A stretch of 63,725 bases of DNA, filler included, from Octopus bimaculoides (lineage: Eukaryota), in assembly GCF_001194135.2 (NCBI RefSeq). It is 7 parts of 7 records of this genome, joined end to end, with 100 filler letters (N's around TTAATTAATTAA, not from the genome) between each part and the next. Parts side by side here need not be neighbours in the genome. Positions count along the whole stretch, not along the records: positions 1 to 17,100 come from NC_068997.1; 6 more parts are not named here. One strand, given 5' to 3'. The notes under the pieces were generated by a model. The model made no database searches. It was not told the origin of the DNA and worked only from the letters and a program-made list of their open reading frames with translations. Positions 1 through 13,059 of the stretch are shown piece after piece. The position numbers and the translations under genes were made by a program. The stretch's first letter is position 1. The number at the start of each line of letters is the position of its first letter.

Positions 1-526
1 ACAATGTTACATCTATCTAGCAAGTTATAATTCTAGTTTATAGCTAAATATATTAGGTCAATGATGATAATAACACAGCATGGATACAGTGAATTATCAA
101 TAACATGAGAGAGTACATGTCAAACTAGTATGGCTAATAAGTTGGCATTTTACTTAGCAGTGGCTTTCAGAAAATCTTAGTCCCACTTCAAAATATATTC
201 TTTACTGGTATTTGAAATCAATATGATTCATAATTCTTCTGGCCTTTACAATTTCAAATATAATTGTTTTAATTGTTATATTTACAATCATTATTACCCA
301 GTTCACTCTTACATTTACTCTTACCTTCCTTTGGCCTACCAGCTTTCTTACCACCTCTTTTCTTACTCTTAGCTTGTAGTAGTTCTTAGATCAAACAATG
401 ACTCCAGATGTTAAGAAAATGGTATTGTATATGCAATAATGAATTTTAAAATTAAGAGAAGTAAAAAACAAAAATATCATATCTTCACATAAGGGTGAAA
501 ATAAGGAATATGAAACTGGAGATAAC

Positions 527-608
527 CTCATCTGTTTTGGCAGATACTTCAAGAAAAGGAATTTCCCATTCGTCGGCAAGTTTTTTTCCATCTTCCATTG
601 CAACTGCT
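527..608 (-). CDS. Rheb: Rheb-like GTPase coding exon (equivalent to RHEB exon 7), R-AVAMEDGKKLADEWEIPFLEVSAKTDE
   Basis: 82-nt exon bounded by ttcag| acceptor and |gttatc donor on the minus strand. Contains the G5 motif (EVSAK). Phase joins correctly to the exon at 3748-3795. Confidence 0.9.
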
Positions 609-746
609 CTGAAATAGGGAAAAGTAGAGGATTAAAGAATTTCAAAGTAACATACACTGTAATGAATCACATTTGTGTAAACATATCGCCAGAGAAGTAA
701 TAGAAACTTCCACTCCTGCATATAAAAATATTGATAGAGGCACACA

Positions 747-990
747 ACAAAACATCACCTACTTCATGTGAACATGTTGGTGGAAGAGCACCACAAACAT
801 CACTTCCTCCATGTGAATATGTTATTTGAGGAGTAATACAAACATCAACTCCTAGTGGAGAAGTACTAGAAACATTAACCCCTTCATTTGAATATAATGA
901 AGGAGCACTACCAACATCATCAGTTCCACCATGTGAAAATGTTGGTGAAGGAGCACTACAAACTTCATTTATGTCATGTGAAATTGTTGC
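747..990. repeat. Degenerate ~40-bp tandem repeat in a Rheb intron
   Basis: Recurring units such as caaacatcacttcctccatgtgaatatgtt...ggagcactac, about 5-6 diverged copies. Confidence 0.6.
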
Positions 991-1089
991 TTCAAAAATA
1001 CAAAGGAAAAAAGATCCAGTTTTGTATGCCACTTTGTAGCAGTAGCAGCAATGATTTCTTCAACTTTGAATTTTTCATATGTAAAATAA

Positions 1090-1250
1090 AACACTGTTTT
1101 AATTATTCAAACCATATGTTCAACAACCTTCATCCACTGTTCTGATCATCTGCTTTCTTATTAGAATTTCTTTGGATTTCCTGCAAAAAGATCCTTCACT
1201 TGTTTTTTGATATCATTGAAAGTGAAATCGTCATTGTTTAATGTCTGTTT
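1090..1250 (-). mobile_element. Mariner transposase C-terminal remnant
   Basis: Minus translation F-TFNDIKKQVKDLFAGNPKKF...EQWMKVVEH resembles the mariner C-terminus; contains stops. Confidence 0.45.
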
Positions 1251-2239
1251 TCTATACTAGCATGGGTTCGAGGATTTGACAGGAACTGAGTCAAAAGACT
1301 GTGCTGAGCTTCAGTGTCTGCTTTGGCATAGTTTGTCCAGTTGGATTCCCTTCCTAACATCAACTACTTCACAGAATGCACTGGGTGCTTTTTATGTGGA
1401 ACCAGCGCTAGTGAAGTCACCAAGTAACTTGTGAGACAGGATCCCTCAACTGAGTAGAGGTATAGTATTGAGGCAGGTGGCTTTATACCAGGTGATGAGA
1501 GATTAGGAGAGGAGATACATTGCTACCCCAGCTGAAAAAAAAAAGTGAGAAAATGGTGATGCTGTAGTGTCAGGGTGTACACTCAAGGTACAGAAGGTGA
1601 ATATAAGAAAATGAAACAGAGTATCAGACATGATGAGTGGGTGGGTAAATTCACAAGAGTGTGTAAAGAGGATGGCAGATGGATAGAGGTAAATGCAGTG
1701 AATGGTAAACAGAGGTGGGGGCATGGTTAATGGCATATACCAACTTTCTGGAGGGGGTGGATAGAGAAAATAGGAATGGGTAAGGGAGTAATAGGTGGCA
1801 GTACAGATGATGTGGAGTGTGTGTGTTGGGGGTGCTATAGAGAAATATAGTGCTAGGGATGAGGCCAGAGGTACATAGTGGTAGAAATAGTGATGGAGAA
1901 AGGTAGTGGGGGCTGTCAATGGAAGAGTGTACAAGGGAAAGGAGTGTGTGTGAGAGGGGCATTCAGAGGGAAATAATGTGGTGTGGGAGGTATTGGGAAT
2001 GCGAGTGATGAAAGGAAGTGGTTCTAGGGAGAGTGATAACACAAAAGTGGGGATGAAATATGCACAGTTCTGCATATAATTACAGTGAGTGAATAGTGCT
2101 ATAGTCATAAGAGTTATTGAGGGTGGGGGAGGTGTGAGGATGATGAGTTGTCAGGGAGAGAAAGAGAAAGATTTGATGCCGGAGCATAAATATAAACAAT
2201 ATGCTTTTAGGGCTTCATTTTTACTGAGACAGATAAGTC

Positions 2240-3290
2240 TTCTTGAGTACAGCAAATTGCCTATCATTTTAGTCCTTCGTCATATCCTCAGTGAGGCTCA
2301 GCATTTGGAGGTTATGCTTCATTATTTCATACCATGTCTTCCTGGGTTTCTCCTTCCACAGGTTCCATCCACATTTTGGCAATTGGTACTTCTTTATGCA
2401 TCTGCCCTCATCCATGCACATCACACGATCATACCAGCACAGTCTTGCACACAACTACTGATTCCTCTTATGCTCAATTTTTCTCTCATTACATATGCAT
2501 GTTCATTTGAGCATGTGAGCTTCATTTCTTACCTTTGCATGTCCTCTGCATTCATGGCTCACATTTCACGATTGTGTATCATCATGTAGTGTTGCTATTT
2601 GTAAACAAGAATCATACAATCGGCCTTTCACTTTCAGAGATAGGTATTTGTTTCCGACAGAGGTAAGTCACTATACTCCTCCTCCACTGCTAACTTGGTC
2701 ACCAAGAAACAAACTGTCTCTTAACTCTAAGGATCCTCTTGGATATTCAAGAAAATCTATTTCTTGTGCATTCTTATTTTTTATTCCTCCTGCACACACA
2801 AAGTTCACTTTCTTTGTTAACCCTCTTGATATTACACTGCATCTCTTAAGTGTCCAGGTTTTCCAATGGGAACACCATATGGAATTTCTATCTACACCTT
2901 TTTTACATGCCGAACAGGAGCATTTTCCTCAAGGGATTAGTGGTATGTGTTTTCCTGCATACTAGAACTTTGGTCTTTGCTAAGTTAACTTTAATTCCAG
3001 GCCTGGAACTTCTTTCCTATTCTACTACAGAATCAGCTATAAGAAGATCGTCAGCACAGAAGAGCTCCCACAAGCCACCAATCTTAAACTCCTCTTTTAT
3101 AGCCTGAAGGATAACGATAAATAAGAGCGGACTCAGAACCAAGTCCTGGTTAATCCCTAGCCATACACTAAATTCACTGCTGAAAACAGCACCCCTGTAC
3201 ATAGCTTGGATGGCTCTCACTGGCTATTTGTCTATTCCTAGCTTCCACAGTAACCACTAGATCAAGAGTGGGGGTCACTATCAAAGGCTG
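2240..3290 (-). mobile_element. RTE-clade LINE RT 3' remnants
   Basis: Fragments GINQDLVLSPLLFIVILQAIKEEFKIGGLWELFCADDL and the GxGRPRKTWxE-like C-terminus (ORFs 3017-3220 and 2269-2454). Confidence 0.7.
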
Positions 3291-3299
3291 ACAGAACCC

Positions 3300-3610
3300 A
3301 AACATCTTAGTAGTATTTGTACCTCAAAATTGCTGCTAACTCTCTGACAGTGTAGTGTGGGCTTTCATTGATAGCAGTCATGATTCTGTTGTCATTAGAA
3401 GTTGGTGGCCATCAAGAATGGTCTTTACCTTGGAGACTGAAATAATAAGCATTAAATTTTGCAAATCTAGTTCTGCATATCCTTTTATTTAGCACCTCTT
3501 TTCTATACACAGTACATATCTCCTCTGGTTGTCTGGGTGAAACTTTTTTCTTGTCTCTTAAGCATTTTCTGGTTTTTGATCCTTAATAAGTCATATGTTG
3601 TTTCACATAT
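3300..3610 (-). mobile_element. Mariner transposase N-terminal remnant
   Basis: Minus translation EEICTVYRKEVLNKRICRTRFAKF...PHYTVRELAAIL resembles the mariner HTH region. Confidence 0.55.
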
Positions 3611-3747
3611 TATGAAGAAAAGAAAAAAAGCTTTCCAGATAATTCAATATAACCATATAGTAGGCTAAATGTTTAGATACATACACACCATATCTACTAA
3701 CAACAGTAAATAAAGAGACCAAGTATAATCTTACAAAAATAACTTAC

Positions 3748-3795
3748 CTATCTTCTTCAAGATCTGTTTTGTTTCCAACTAGGACAATTGGAACC
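3748..3795 (-). CDS. Rheb: Rheb-like GTPase coding exon (exon 6 equivalent), W-VPIVLVGNKTDLEEDR
   Basis: 48 nt, ttgcag| acceptor and |gtaagt donor; G4 motif NKTD. Confidence 0.92.
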
Positions 3796-4381
3796 CTGCA
3801 ACAATAAGATGAAATTGCTATAAAATATAACATATATTAATATAATATAGAACATATCTATAGATATCTTTTGCAGTCAACACTGTATGTAATGACAAAT
3901 GTAAATATTGCACCTACACAATATGCTCTCAATTCCAAAACACAAAGCATCCAGGACCACATTTACCAATGAGTCCTTTTCTAAGATCACAGGGTAATTG
4001 AAAGGAGGGATTATTTATTTGGTTGCTGTTTCTGGTACATCAAATGATTGTGTAGAGATTTTCTTTAAAATAAGTGTCTTGATAGGAAATAGAAACCAAA
4101 TTTAAAACATAACTAAACTTTCTTTACAGTGTCATAGGTAGAAACAAGCTCACTCTTTTGCTTTTGTGCACTCTTTAATATTATATATTGAAAAAAATTT
4201 CCTTTGATATATTCAGGTTATATATAAACCCCATTAAATCTAAACATCATATCAATATTTATGTTACTTGATAATTTCCAATTCCAAATCTATTACAAAG
4301 TAGGGCCAGATGTGTATCTAGAATTCAGTAGTAAAAACGGAATTGTAAGAAAATAGAAACTGTTATAGAATTAATACTTAC

Positions 4382-4438
4382 CATATTTTGCCTTTCATGT
4401 CACTTATCTTGTCGTAAATCAATTTGATAATATCAAGG
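4382..4438 (-). CDS. Rheb: Rheb-like GTPase coding exon (exon 5 equivalent), S-LDIIKLIYDKISDMKGKI-W
   Basis: 57 nt, ttcacag| acceptor and |gtaagt donor; aligns to RHEB FEVIKVIHGKLLDMVGKV; in phase with both neighbours. Confidence 0.9.
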
Positions 4439-5070
4439 CTGTGAAGAAAGAAAAAAAGATTATTATAAATTAATGACACTAAAAATGTAGAAAGGCTAAC
4501 AATATGCAAAATGAGTTAAATACTTGCCATGCTAAATGACTCATTTAACTAGTGAGTAAAATACAAAATCCCATTGTTATTTGTCATAATATATGTCTTT
4601 TTCTAATTCTCTCCAACTCTTAAATTCTATTGGAGTGTGTTTAAAAGGAGATAAATCAGTCCAAAACTTGATCAACGATCAACTCTCTTCTATAACATTA
4701 AGTGTACTAATATATTAAATATTGGAGACAGAAGGTATTACATTAAAGGTATTATAAGTAAAGTCATATATATCAAACCAATTCAATCATACCAGATTTT
4801 GAACAAAAATTATAAAATATTACTAAATTTTAAAAATTAGTATATAGTTTGGTGCATTACTATTAGCAATAATTACAAGTTACATTTAAATCAAGGAGAC
4901 TGCTTCGGTGTAGCTGTGTGATTAGAATCTTCAGCCAAACACTAGAAATAATCAGTTATCTGATGTACAGTTAACATAGCTAAACCAGAAATTGAAAACA
5001 AATAACAACAGCTGTTAACTTTTCATTTAAGAAGAAAAGTAAAGTGTTCAGTTTATATAACAAGACATAC

Positions 5071-5153
5071 CTTCTTTGTGATGTTATTGAGTACACAAGA
5101 ATGTATCCATCAACATTCATATAATAATCATTTGGAGTTACTGAATATTCATC
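5071..5153 (-). CDS. Rheb: Rheb-like GTPase coding exon (exon 4 equivalent), DEYSVTPNDYYMNVDGYILVYSITSQR-S
   Basis: 83 nt, ttcag| acceptor and |gtatgt donor; DEYS (Rheb-type rather than Ras EEYS) and GYILVYSITS. Confidence 0.93.
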
Positions 5154-6149
5154 CTGAAATAAGACAGTTAATTTCATATCAATCTAACAAAGCATAAAAC
5201 AAAATGTTCAATATATTATTAAAACTTGGATCATATGATTAATGTAGAGGAACTCTGACTCTATATGTAAGCTAAAACACTATTACAGATATTAATCTTT
5301 ACTTTACATTTTTTATTCATAGCATTTCTGAGTCTTGTTAGACAAGAATGGCTGAATAATATCAGAGCAGATGCCATTTGAAAAACTGGGCAAAAGAAAA
5401 TTTAAAGCAAAATGTTTAGTAACTGATCTAGAGTGGTGAGACAATGGAAGAAAAGGAATTACATCAATTAAATTTAAATGACCAGTCAGTAATGAAGAGA
5501 CAATTGTTGAAGAGATGAAAGATATAACTGAATGATTGGAGGGTGGGTAGAATATAAATGAAGATTTACCTATTTATTGTCTGGCTTCTTTCAATCAACA
5601 CAGATAAAAGTACCAGTTCATCTTACAAGTCATGCAAATATTTGAATTTGCAAAAATAGCCAAAATATATAAATAGGGGAAAATGATTGTAAAATCAATA
5701 GAAAAATAAATTGCGGCAATGCTGTAATGTGGCCAAAACAATGTAGATGGAAATCTGATATTGAAATATTATTAGTTTATTATTAACAATTAATCCCATT
5801 AGAATATGTATAGATGGATCAGTGGTGAAATGTTTAAAATATTATCAGAATCAAGTCATCAAATAATGTAGCCTGAAAAGTGTTTCTATAAGGTAACCAT
5901 GACAAATTCACTTTGAATTAATCATGCCTATCCAAATGTCTTAATCATTAAACAGATTAACTGAACAGGTCAACAATATGCTACTGGAAAAGAGCTAAGC
6001 AGGACTACACAACAAAAACAAGATGTAGCAGAGAAACTGAAAACTCAACAACACAGATCTAAAGGAATTGATTTGACTGAACTATTAGGCAATAAAGACA
6101 CCAATCTGCTAGACTGAAACTTACCAGAGTACTTCCTTGCTTGTATATA

Positions 6150-6450
6150 GTTGCCCCTCAGATTTAATAATGCTTTCTTAGATTTCTGTACATTCCAATC
6201 CTTGATGTGAAACTTCAGATGCAAATAGGACATGTGAATGCTTGGTTGAAGATAACAGATATTAATCTGCATCTGTGTCTCCTCAAAGTGCTCTCGCTGA
6301 TGGGAGCAATGTCCTCCATTTTTGAAATGTTGATGTTATTCTTCTTCAAAAAGGTCTTCAGTTGGTCTTTGAAAAACATCTTTCGTCCTCCAACCATAGT
6401 GTAGGTGGCCATAGAGGATCCCACTAGGGTTGAGGAGAATGTTAGATATG
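6150..6450 (-). mobile_element. RTE-BovB-like LINE C-terminal remnant
   Basis: GGRKMFFKDQLKTFLKKNNINISKMEDIA...FTCPIC matches the BovB-type C-terminus. Confidence 0.55.
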
Positions 6451-7554
6451 TCTCAGTCAACTCAGATAATGTACGTACAGTGTGGATTCAATACTGCTGT
6501 CATGAAAGATGACATCTGTATGTGTAATCCTATCTCACCAGAAGACTAAAAGATCTTCTGTATATGCTGGGTATCAAAGATTTGAAGTCCTTAATGTTTT
6601 GACTGTATTTCTTGTATTCACACAGGAAAGTGGAAATGAGTGTGCAGTGAGTAGTTATTTAGACTCACTTTGTGAGCTTTCCAAAGGTTACAGAGGTATA
6701 TCTAAAGTAGTTTATAGTCCTCTTGTTCAGTCACTGGAAACTTTATTGCCAAGGTATCTAGAATTAGGAGGGTGTAATTAGTTGTTGCACCAAGAAAATG
6801 AAGAGGAGAAAAGGTGGTGTTGGGTACCATTAACAAATGACTCAGTTTTCTGGGTGTTAATTGTCAGGTTCATTCTTTTATAAGTTATAACAGTTCCAAG
6901 ATGGTAGCTTCTGGAGTGTGAGCTATCACAGCAAACATTAACATACTGTAGCTCAATGATTTGTTCATATTTAAGCTTAATGGTGGCCTCCACAAATGTT
7001 GAAATGGTTTCTGTCATGCTGAATGTTTATGATTCCTTCTTATTCCATCCTTCTGCATAACAGTGTAGTAACATAAATGAGGAAACTATCATGCAGTACA
7101 AGAGCAAGTATGCAACAATGTCTGAATCCTGTTTTTATACTGAAGGGATTAGATCTTAGTCCTCAAACAACAACTCAGGGCATCACAGCTGTGAGGAACT
7201 AGTGTAGGAGATTCACAATTTTGGATGGAAAATTAAACTTTCTAAGAACATTACACAGAAGTTCCTTGCTGGCTGCATTAAAACCTTTGATAGATACGCA
7301 AATGCAATGAACAGATGTGTTGGTGTTTGTGGAAATCATACTGTGATCCTGTTGTGATATTCTCTGATACTGATTGGACCAGTCTTTTAGGTAAAACCTC
7401 GACAGAATCTTCCCAATAATATATGGGAATACTGTACCCTAACTGAGTTTGTCTCCTTTGTTTTTCTAGATAGTGACAAAGTCAGCACCCTTTCAATATT
7501 GGGGTATATACTATTGTTTCTAGTGTCAATAAAAATATCAAAAGTAATACCCAC

Positions 7555-7622
7555 CTGTCCAGCAGTATCTATCACTTCTAGTTGGTAGACTTGACCAGAA
7601 ACAGTTACATTCTTGGTGTAGG
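7555..7622 (-). CDS. Rheb: Rheb-like GTPase coding exon (exon 3 equivalent), A-YTKNVTVSGQVYQLEVIDTAGQ
   Basis: 68 nt, ttttag| acceptor and |gtgggt donor; G3 motif DTAGQ. Confidence 0.93.
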
Positions 7623-8439
7623 CTAAAAGAACAAGAAAAGAAGATTAGAATGGTAATTTAATAAATAATGATTCTTTTTTTTTTTACATAGACACAAGAC
7701 TAAAATTTTGAGGGAGGGATATATTGGTTTGACTAGTATGTATTTTATCAACCCCAGAAGGTGAAAGGCAAAGTTGACACAGTGGGATTTAAACTCTTTG
7801 CTTAAGAAATATTACTGAAAATTGCAAGATTTGGACTATATCATTTCTGCTACTTAGTCTTATAATGTACTATTTCTGCTACTCAATCTTGCAATGTACC
7901 ATTTTTAATACCCTGCTGTCCTGTTAATTATATTTTGCTATGTCTTTAGAGTATAGAAAATACATTAAAAAAAAGTAGATAATGCTGTGTACAAAATTCT
8001 ACAAGGTGAACAAATTTTACACGCAGTAAAAAGAAAAAAAAATGTGAAAATGAGGGTATGTATATTTTTTTAAACCTTAAAGTATATTTTAAAAGATAAT
8101 CAGAAAAGTTAGATTAAAATTTGTTTGCATAAGATCCAAATTAAATTTTCTTTCAATTATTTTCTTTTAAACAAGACACTTAAAAGTCAATATTGGGTCA
8201 TCATCATCATCATCATCATTGTTTAACATCTGCCTTTCATGCTGGCATGGTGGGTGTAAACAAATAACAATGATAAACAAAGTCTTCAGATTTCAAACAG
8301 TGCTTTAAGAAGAAATAAATATAAATGAAGGCTATTTTGGTTAGGATATCTTATTAAATTAGTGTATGATTAAGGGGCTTCTCTTGGTCAAGGTTGACAA
8401 TGCATCTGCACATGCGCGTGTGCAAGGCTGGGCAAGTTC

Positions 8440-8760
8440 ATTTTTTAAAGGAAGACCAGGAGTTGTCCCCGCAGGCGAGTCTTGCCTCTTTTCCCCACTG
8501 ATGTTTATCGAAGAGAAAGGCCACTAACTGGCATCAGGTCATTACAGAAAAAAAAAAAAAAAAAAAAGAGCATAAAGATCTTGAAACATAAACATGCAAA
8601 TGTAAAAGAAATCTTCAAGTATTCATCTATAATTATAAACATGTAGCAGTTGCAGCTAGACAGCAGTAGAGGACCTCTGAAGTCAATACTGAAATGCTCA
8701 AATGGTAGAATCATGGTTTTAATTCCAATCATAAGTTTTTATACATCTTCCAGAGAAAAT
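8440..8760 (-). mobile_element. Ty3/gypsy integrase remnant
   Basis: PFEHFSIDFRGPLLLSSCNCYMFIIIDEYLKISFTFAC matches the integrase core (PFERLSIDFKGPL...IVDEYSRFPFAF). Confidence 0.7.
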
Positions 8761-11700
8761 GGTAAGTTCCCAAATCTGACATAGGCCCATAACTGAATCA
8801 ATCTAGGGTGATACAAAAGCTTATGTAAATTTCTGATTCCAGGAAAAGATGTTATAGAAGAGCAACAGATAAGATAATCAGTAATAATGTTATCTTTGTC
8901 AGGTATGAGATGTCATAATTGTAAAGCAATAATTCTATGTGCCAACAAAAAAAATCTCATCATTCTCATTTTCCCCCTCAACTTTTATGACTAAATATGA
9001 ATGAGATTGCTTACTGATCAGTGCATAAGACAAAATAACTTTAGAGTTAAAATTTCCTAATACTTTCTGTGACAGCCATGAGCCTTCTTTCTCAGTTGAT
9101 CAAGAGATTTTGTTCAAAGCAAAAGTTCTGGGGAAGAAAGTGACATAATGAAAGGACACTTGAAATTGTACTTCTAGAAGCATTAGTTTCAATATGGGGT
9201 AGAAGTTCAGATGAGAGAGGTGGGGGGGGGGATTTACTTTTTATGTTTTAAGAAGACAAATAGCATCTGGGTGTCTTTTTTGCACTGATAAAAAATGGTG
9301 AAGTAGGAGTAGAATTAATTTAAGAAAAAGAGAACCCATTTAGAGTATAAACTAAGCAAACTTAGTAGTCTAAGTTGTTTAGGTGATATCAGCATTTATA
9401 AACGTTAGGTTATCAACATGAGGTTTCAATCGTTCTCTTGCCAGTTGCAGGGAATCTTAACTTAAGAAATACGATGTTGAGTTTCTTTCTAAATGAAATA
9501 AACGAAGCCAAGTTATCATCATGTTCCTCATCAATGTTAGTCTTTGGACAGCTTGATGTCCTTGGTTGTCATTTTCAGTAAAATATACAATTCATCACCT
9601 TCAGCATTGATCAAACCAAAGGGTAACCTTATAAACATCCATCAATTTCAAATGCCACATATCTTTTACCATTATTTTGAAGAAATGTGATGTTAAGTGG
9701 TTTTCAGATCTAGCTTGTAGAATTTATTGTAGAAACAGAATGCATGAGATTTTCACTATTAGAAAATAGACAGACATCTAGAAAGCAATTTTGGTTTATC
9801 AACAAGGTATTGTTTGCCATTATTTCTTACAACTATCACCTGTACTCACCATGGAGGAACTGAAGACTCAATAATGTCATCATCAAGAAGCTGCTTAGCT
9901 TCCTTTTTTTTTTTTATTAATATTTGATCAAATAGAGAAAAATAATTGGCTTCAAATGATTGTATAGATGGGAAAAATACAAGGATAGGCTACCAACAAG
10001 GTGAGCTACACTAAGAGTTTTAATGATCATCTGAATTTAAATATAACAATCATGTCATCAAAAAAGAGTCATACCCTAGTAAGGAGGAATACAAGTTAGG
10101 CACAGCATTTAAATATACACTGGTAGCTTTTTCAAGTCTACTATTACCACGATGTGCCCTTGTAACATGGATTGTGATACTTTTGCAGTTGTGGCAAGTT
10201 TCATTCTTTCCTGGACTAACAGAATGGTCATGGCAGAGGCCACCATCAAAATAGCACCTGCATTTATTGGTTGATTAGTTCATGACAGCAGCAGTATGGT
10301 TATTTTTATGGAAGCTGGACTCTTTTTTTTTTGCAAGCCCAGAAAGGACAATGAGAAAGAGAGAGAATTGCTTGTTAGCCTCTGCATTTCTCTGAGCATC
10401 TTCTCAGGGAGTCTTTGCTGACTATGGGCTGAGGAGATCCTAGAAATAATAAATTTCAAATTTTTTACACTTTTAGATTACAAGCTGAAATTCAAAGTGT
10501 CTGGTTAGGCTACATAGAATTGTAACATTAGATTCAATGTCTTTACTGAGCTGGGAATTTGTTTTTTTGGATACTAGTTGGAATTTGCAAAGTATCATAT
10601 ACTATTATTTAATGTAGTTGCAACCAAGGGTAACAACTGAAATATCAAAGTCATTGTAATATACAACATTAAGCAAAATAAGTCCTTGTTACTCAGTTCA
10701 CCATGGGAATTCATCAAAAAAATTTCGAAGTGTAGTTTATTAGTGTCCACTCTGAGCTTTGAGAAGAATGGTGAAATTTACAGACAAAGTCACATGGCAA
10801 AATTTTTTCCAGTTGTACTTGTAGAAAGATGTGTCCAGAGAACTTTCTAGTTGAACTGTTGCCAAATAAATCGTTTCAATGAGAAATAGTTGCTACAAAA
10901 CATGTAATTTATTTAGCTAAAATACTAATTAACTTCAGTATTCAAGTCACATGTTATAAACATCTTTATCTGTTGCAAACGATTGGCTGTCAGTCTTCAA
11001 TCAAAATATACCATAATGTACCTGGACTGATGAACCAAAAGTAACAATAACGGTTCCATAACATACAGATGCATACATAAACATATGTATAGATACATAC
11101 ACACACATAAAAAACTATTTTGAAATGTAGTAACAATATGCCATACATTAAAATTTGGGCTGCTTTGAGAATTGTTTAGTTACTAATTATAAAATAATCT
11201 CTCTCTAAGATATTTCTTCGATGTTTGTAAACCTAAATAGAGTATCAAGCTAAATGAGAGGGTCAAAGTGTGTTTATAGCTGTCACAGTAATAAAGAAAA
11301 ATTAATAATACAAGAGAACTGCCAGGCAATATGTTGGCTTTGGCATCCCTAGAAGCATACATTGCCTATCTCTACTATAAACTTCATCAAAATCATTAAA
11401 TAAATCAAAACAAACTATACAATGGGCAGAATAGAGATGACACTATCTCACCTGATACAATATGTCTCTTATGGTCACACTACATCTTATGCAATTAGCT
11501 GCTGCATGTTAGAAAACATGACACGCAGATTACTCTTAGCTTAAGTCTACCAGAGCAGGGCTAATTAGAGATGCTAAAAGTAATAACAGCCACAAAATGA
11601 TGTCAACACAAGATCCAAACTATATACAGATTCTAGAGTATTCAAGTAATGGACATAATCACCTCCAGAGAGACAAAAGAATCAAATATTGGTTGATAAC

Positions 11701-12049
11701 CCACTTGTAACTGATAATGGGCTACATATATAATTATGTAATTCTTCTGCATAAATTTCTCTATAGAATTAAGTGATGAATGTCCATATTAAAGATATAT
11801 TCTTGTGAACATTAATGTTAATAATATTTAAGATAACACATGATTAATTCAAAACAATGTGAATAAAGATTTTAGGCAACAAAGATTTTGTTACAGAAGA
11901 TCAAATAGGTATTCCTAGCTAATTAGATTTTCTCTATCACATCTAGATTTGGTGTAAAATGCAAATCACAGTAAAATTTCCTACCACATCAAGATTTTGG
12001 TTTTAATCATCTTAATGCCAGTAATATGAAACTTGCTTTTCAAGGTTGA

Positions 12050-13040
12050 AGCAATTTTCATTTGCCAACTATATACAAATTCTAATGATTTTGATCAATA
12101 AAATTTATCCCGAGTTGGCAACATTGAGTCAAGAGCATAGTAAAGGTCAGTTGCTATGTGACAGTCAAGTAGACCAGTTGTTGAAGACACCAGCTAATTT
12201 GAAGATTCTGCAAGTGATAGAGAAATAGGGAAAGATGGTGTGTATGTTTCAGATGCAACTTGTTTCCCACATTTGTTGAGTCAAGTGGATGTTAAATGAC
12301 TTAGTGCACAATTTGGAATTATCAAAAGAAAAAGCAGAGTTGTTTGGTTCCAGACTTCAAGAATGGAGTTATCTCTAGCCAAACACCAAAGTTTCCCATT
12401 TCCAACTTTGCCATCTGCAGTTTTCATCATTTCACTTACAGGAGGAAAACGTTTGTTTCTGCCATATCAGAGGCCTGCTGGAAAGGATTGGCTTTTGCAA
12501 TGATCCAAAAGAATAGAGACTGACTCTAGTAAAGCTAGCCTTAAAGCTGTATTACTGTGCAATGAAAATGGAAAACCTTCAATACTTGTAACACATGCCT
12601 CTGGCCTTAATGATACTTATGAATCAATGGAACTGCTGTTAAGACTCATCAAATATAAGGACCACATACGTAATATTTGTAATGACCTTAAAGTTGTATC
12701 ATTACTTCTTGGGTTACAGCTGAGCTACACAAAGCATATGTGTTTTTTGTGTCCATGGAAATCAGAGATGACAAGAACCACTACAAAAAACATGATTGGC
12801 CATCTAGAACTGGACATCTTCCACCACTTCACGTTAAACTTGGCCTTATGAAAAACTTCATGAAGGGTATGGATCATCAAGGTAGTGGTTTCCAGTATTT
12901 AAAGGATTAAGCTAGAAACTAGTGTTTTCACTGGACCACAGACCTGCAGTGTCATTTGTGACTCATAATTTCCATCTAATCTAAATGAGAATGAACTATG
13001 AGCATGGACATCTTTTGTTGAAATAGTCAAAAATTCATCA
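12050..13040 (+). mobile_element. DNA transposon transposase remnant, probably Chapaev3/CMC type
   Basis: Fragments TYESMELLLRLIKYKDHIRNICNDLKVVSLLLGLQLSYTKHMCFLC and HVKLGLMKNFMKGMDHQGSGFQYL; multiple frameshifts. Family name is from recalled motifs. Confidence 0.55.
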
Positions 13041-13059
13041 GCAAAGAGGAGCTCCCAGG

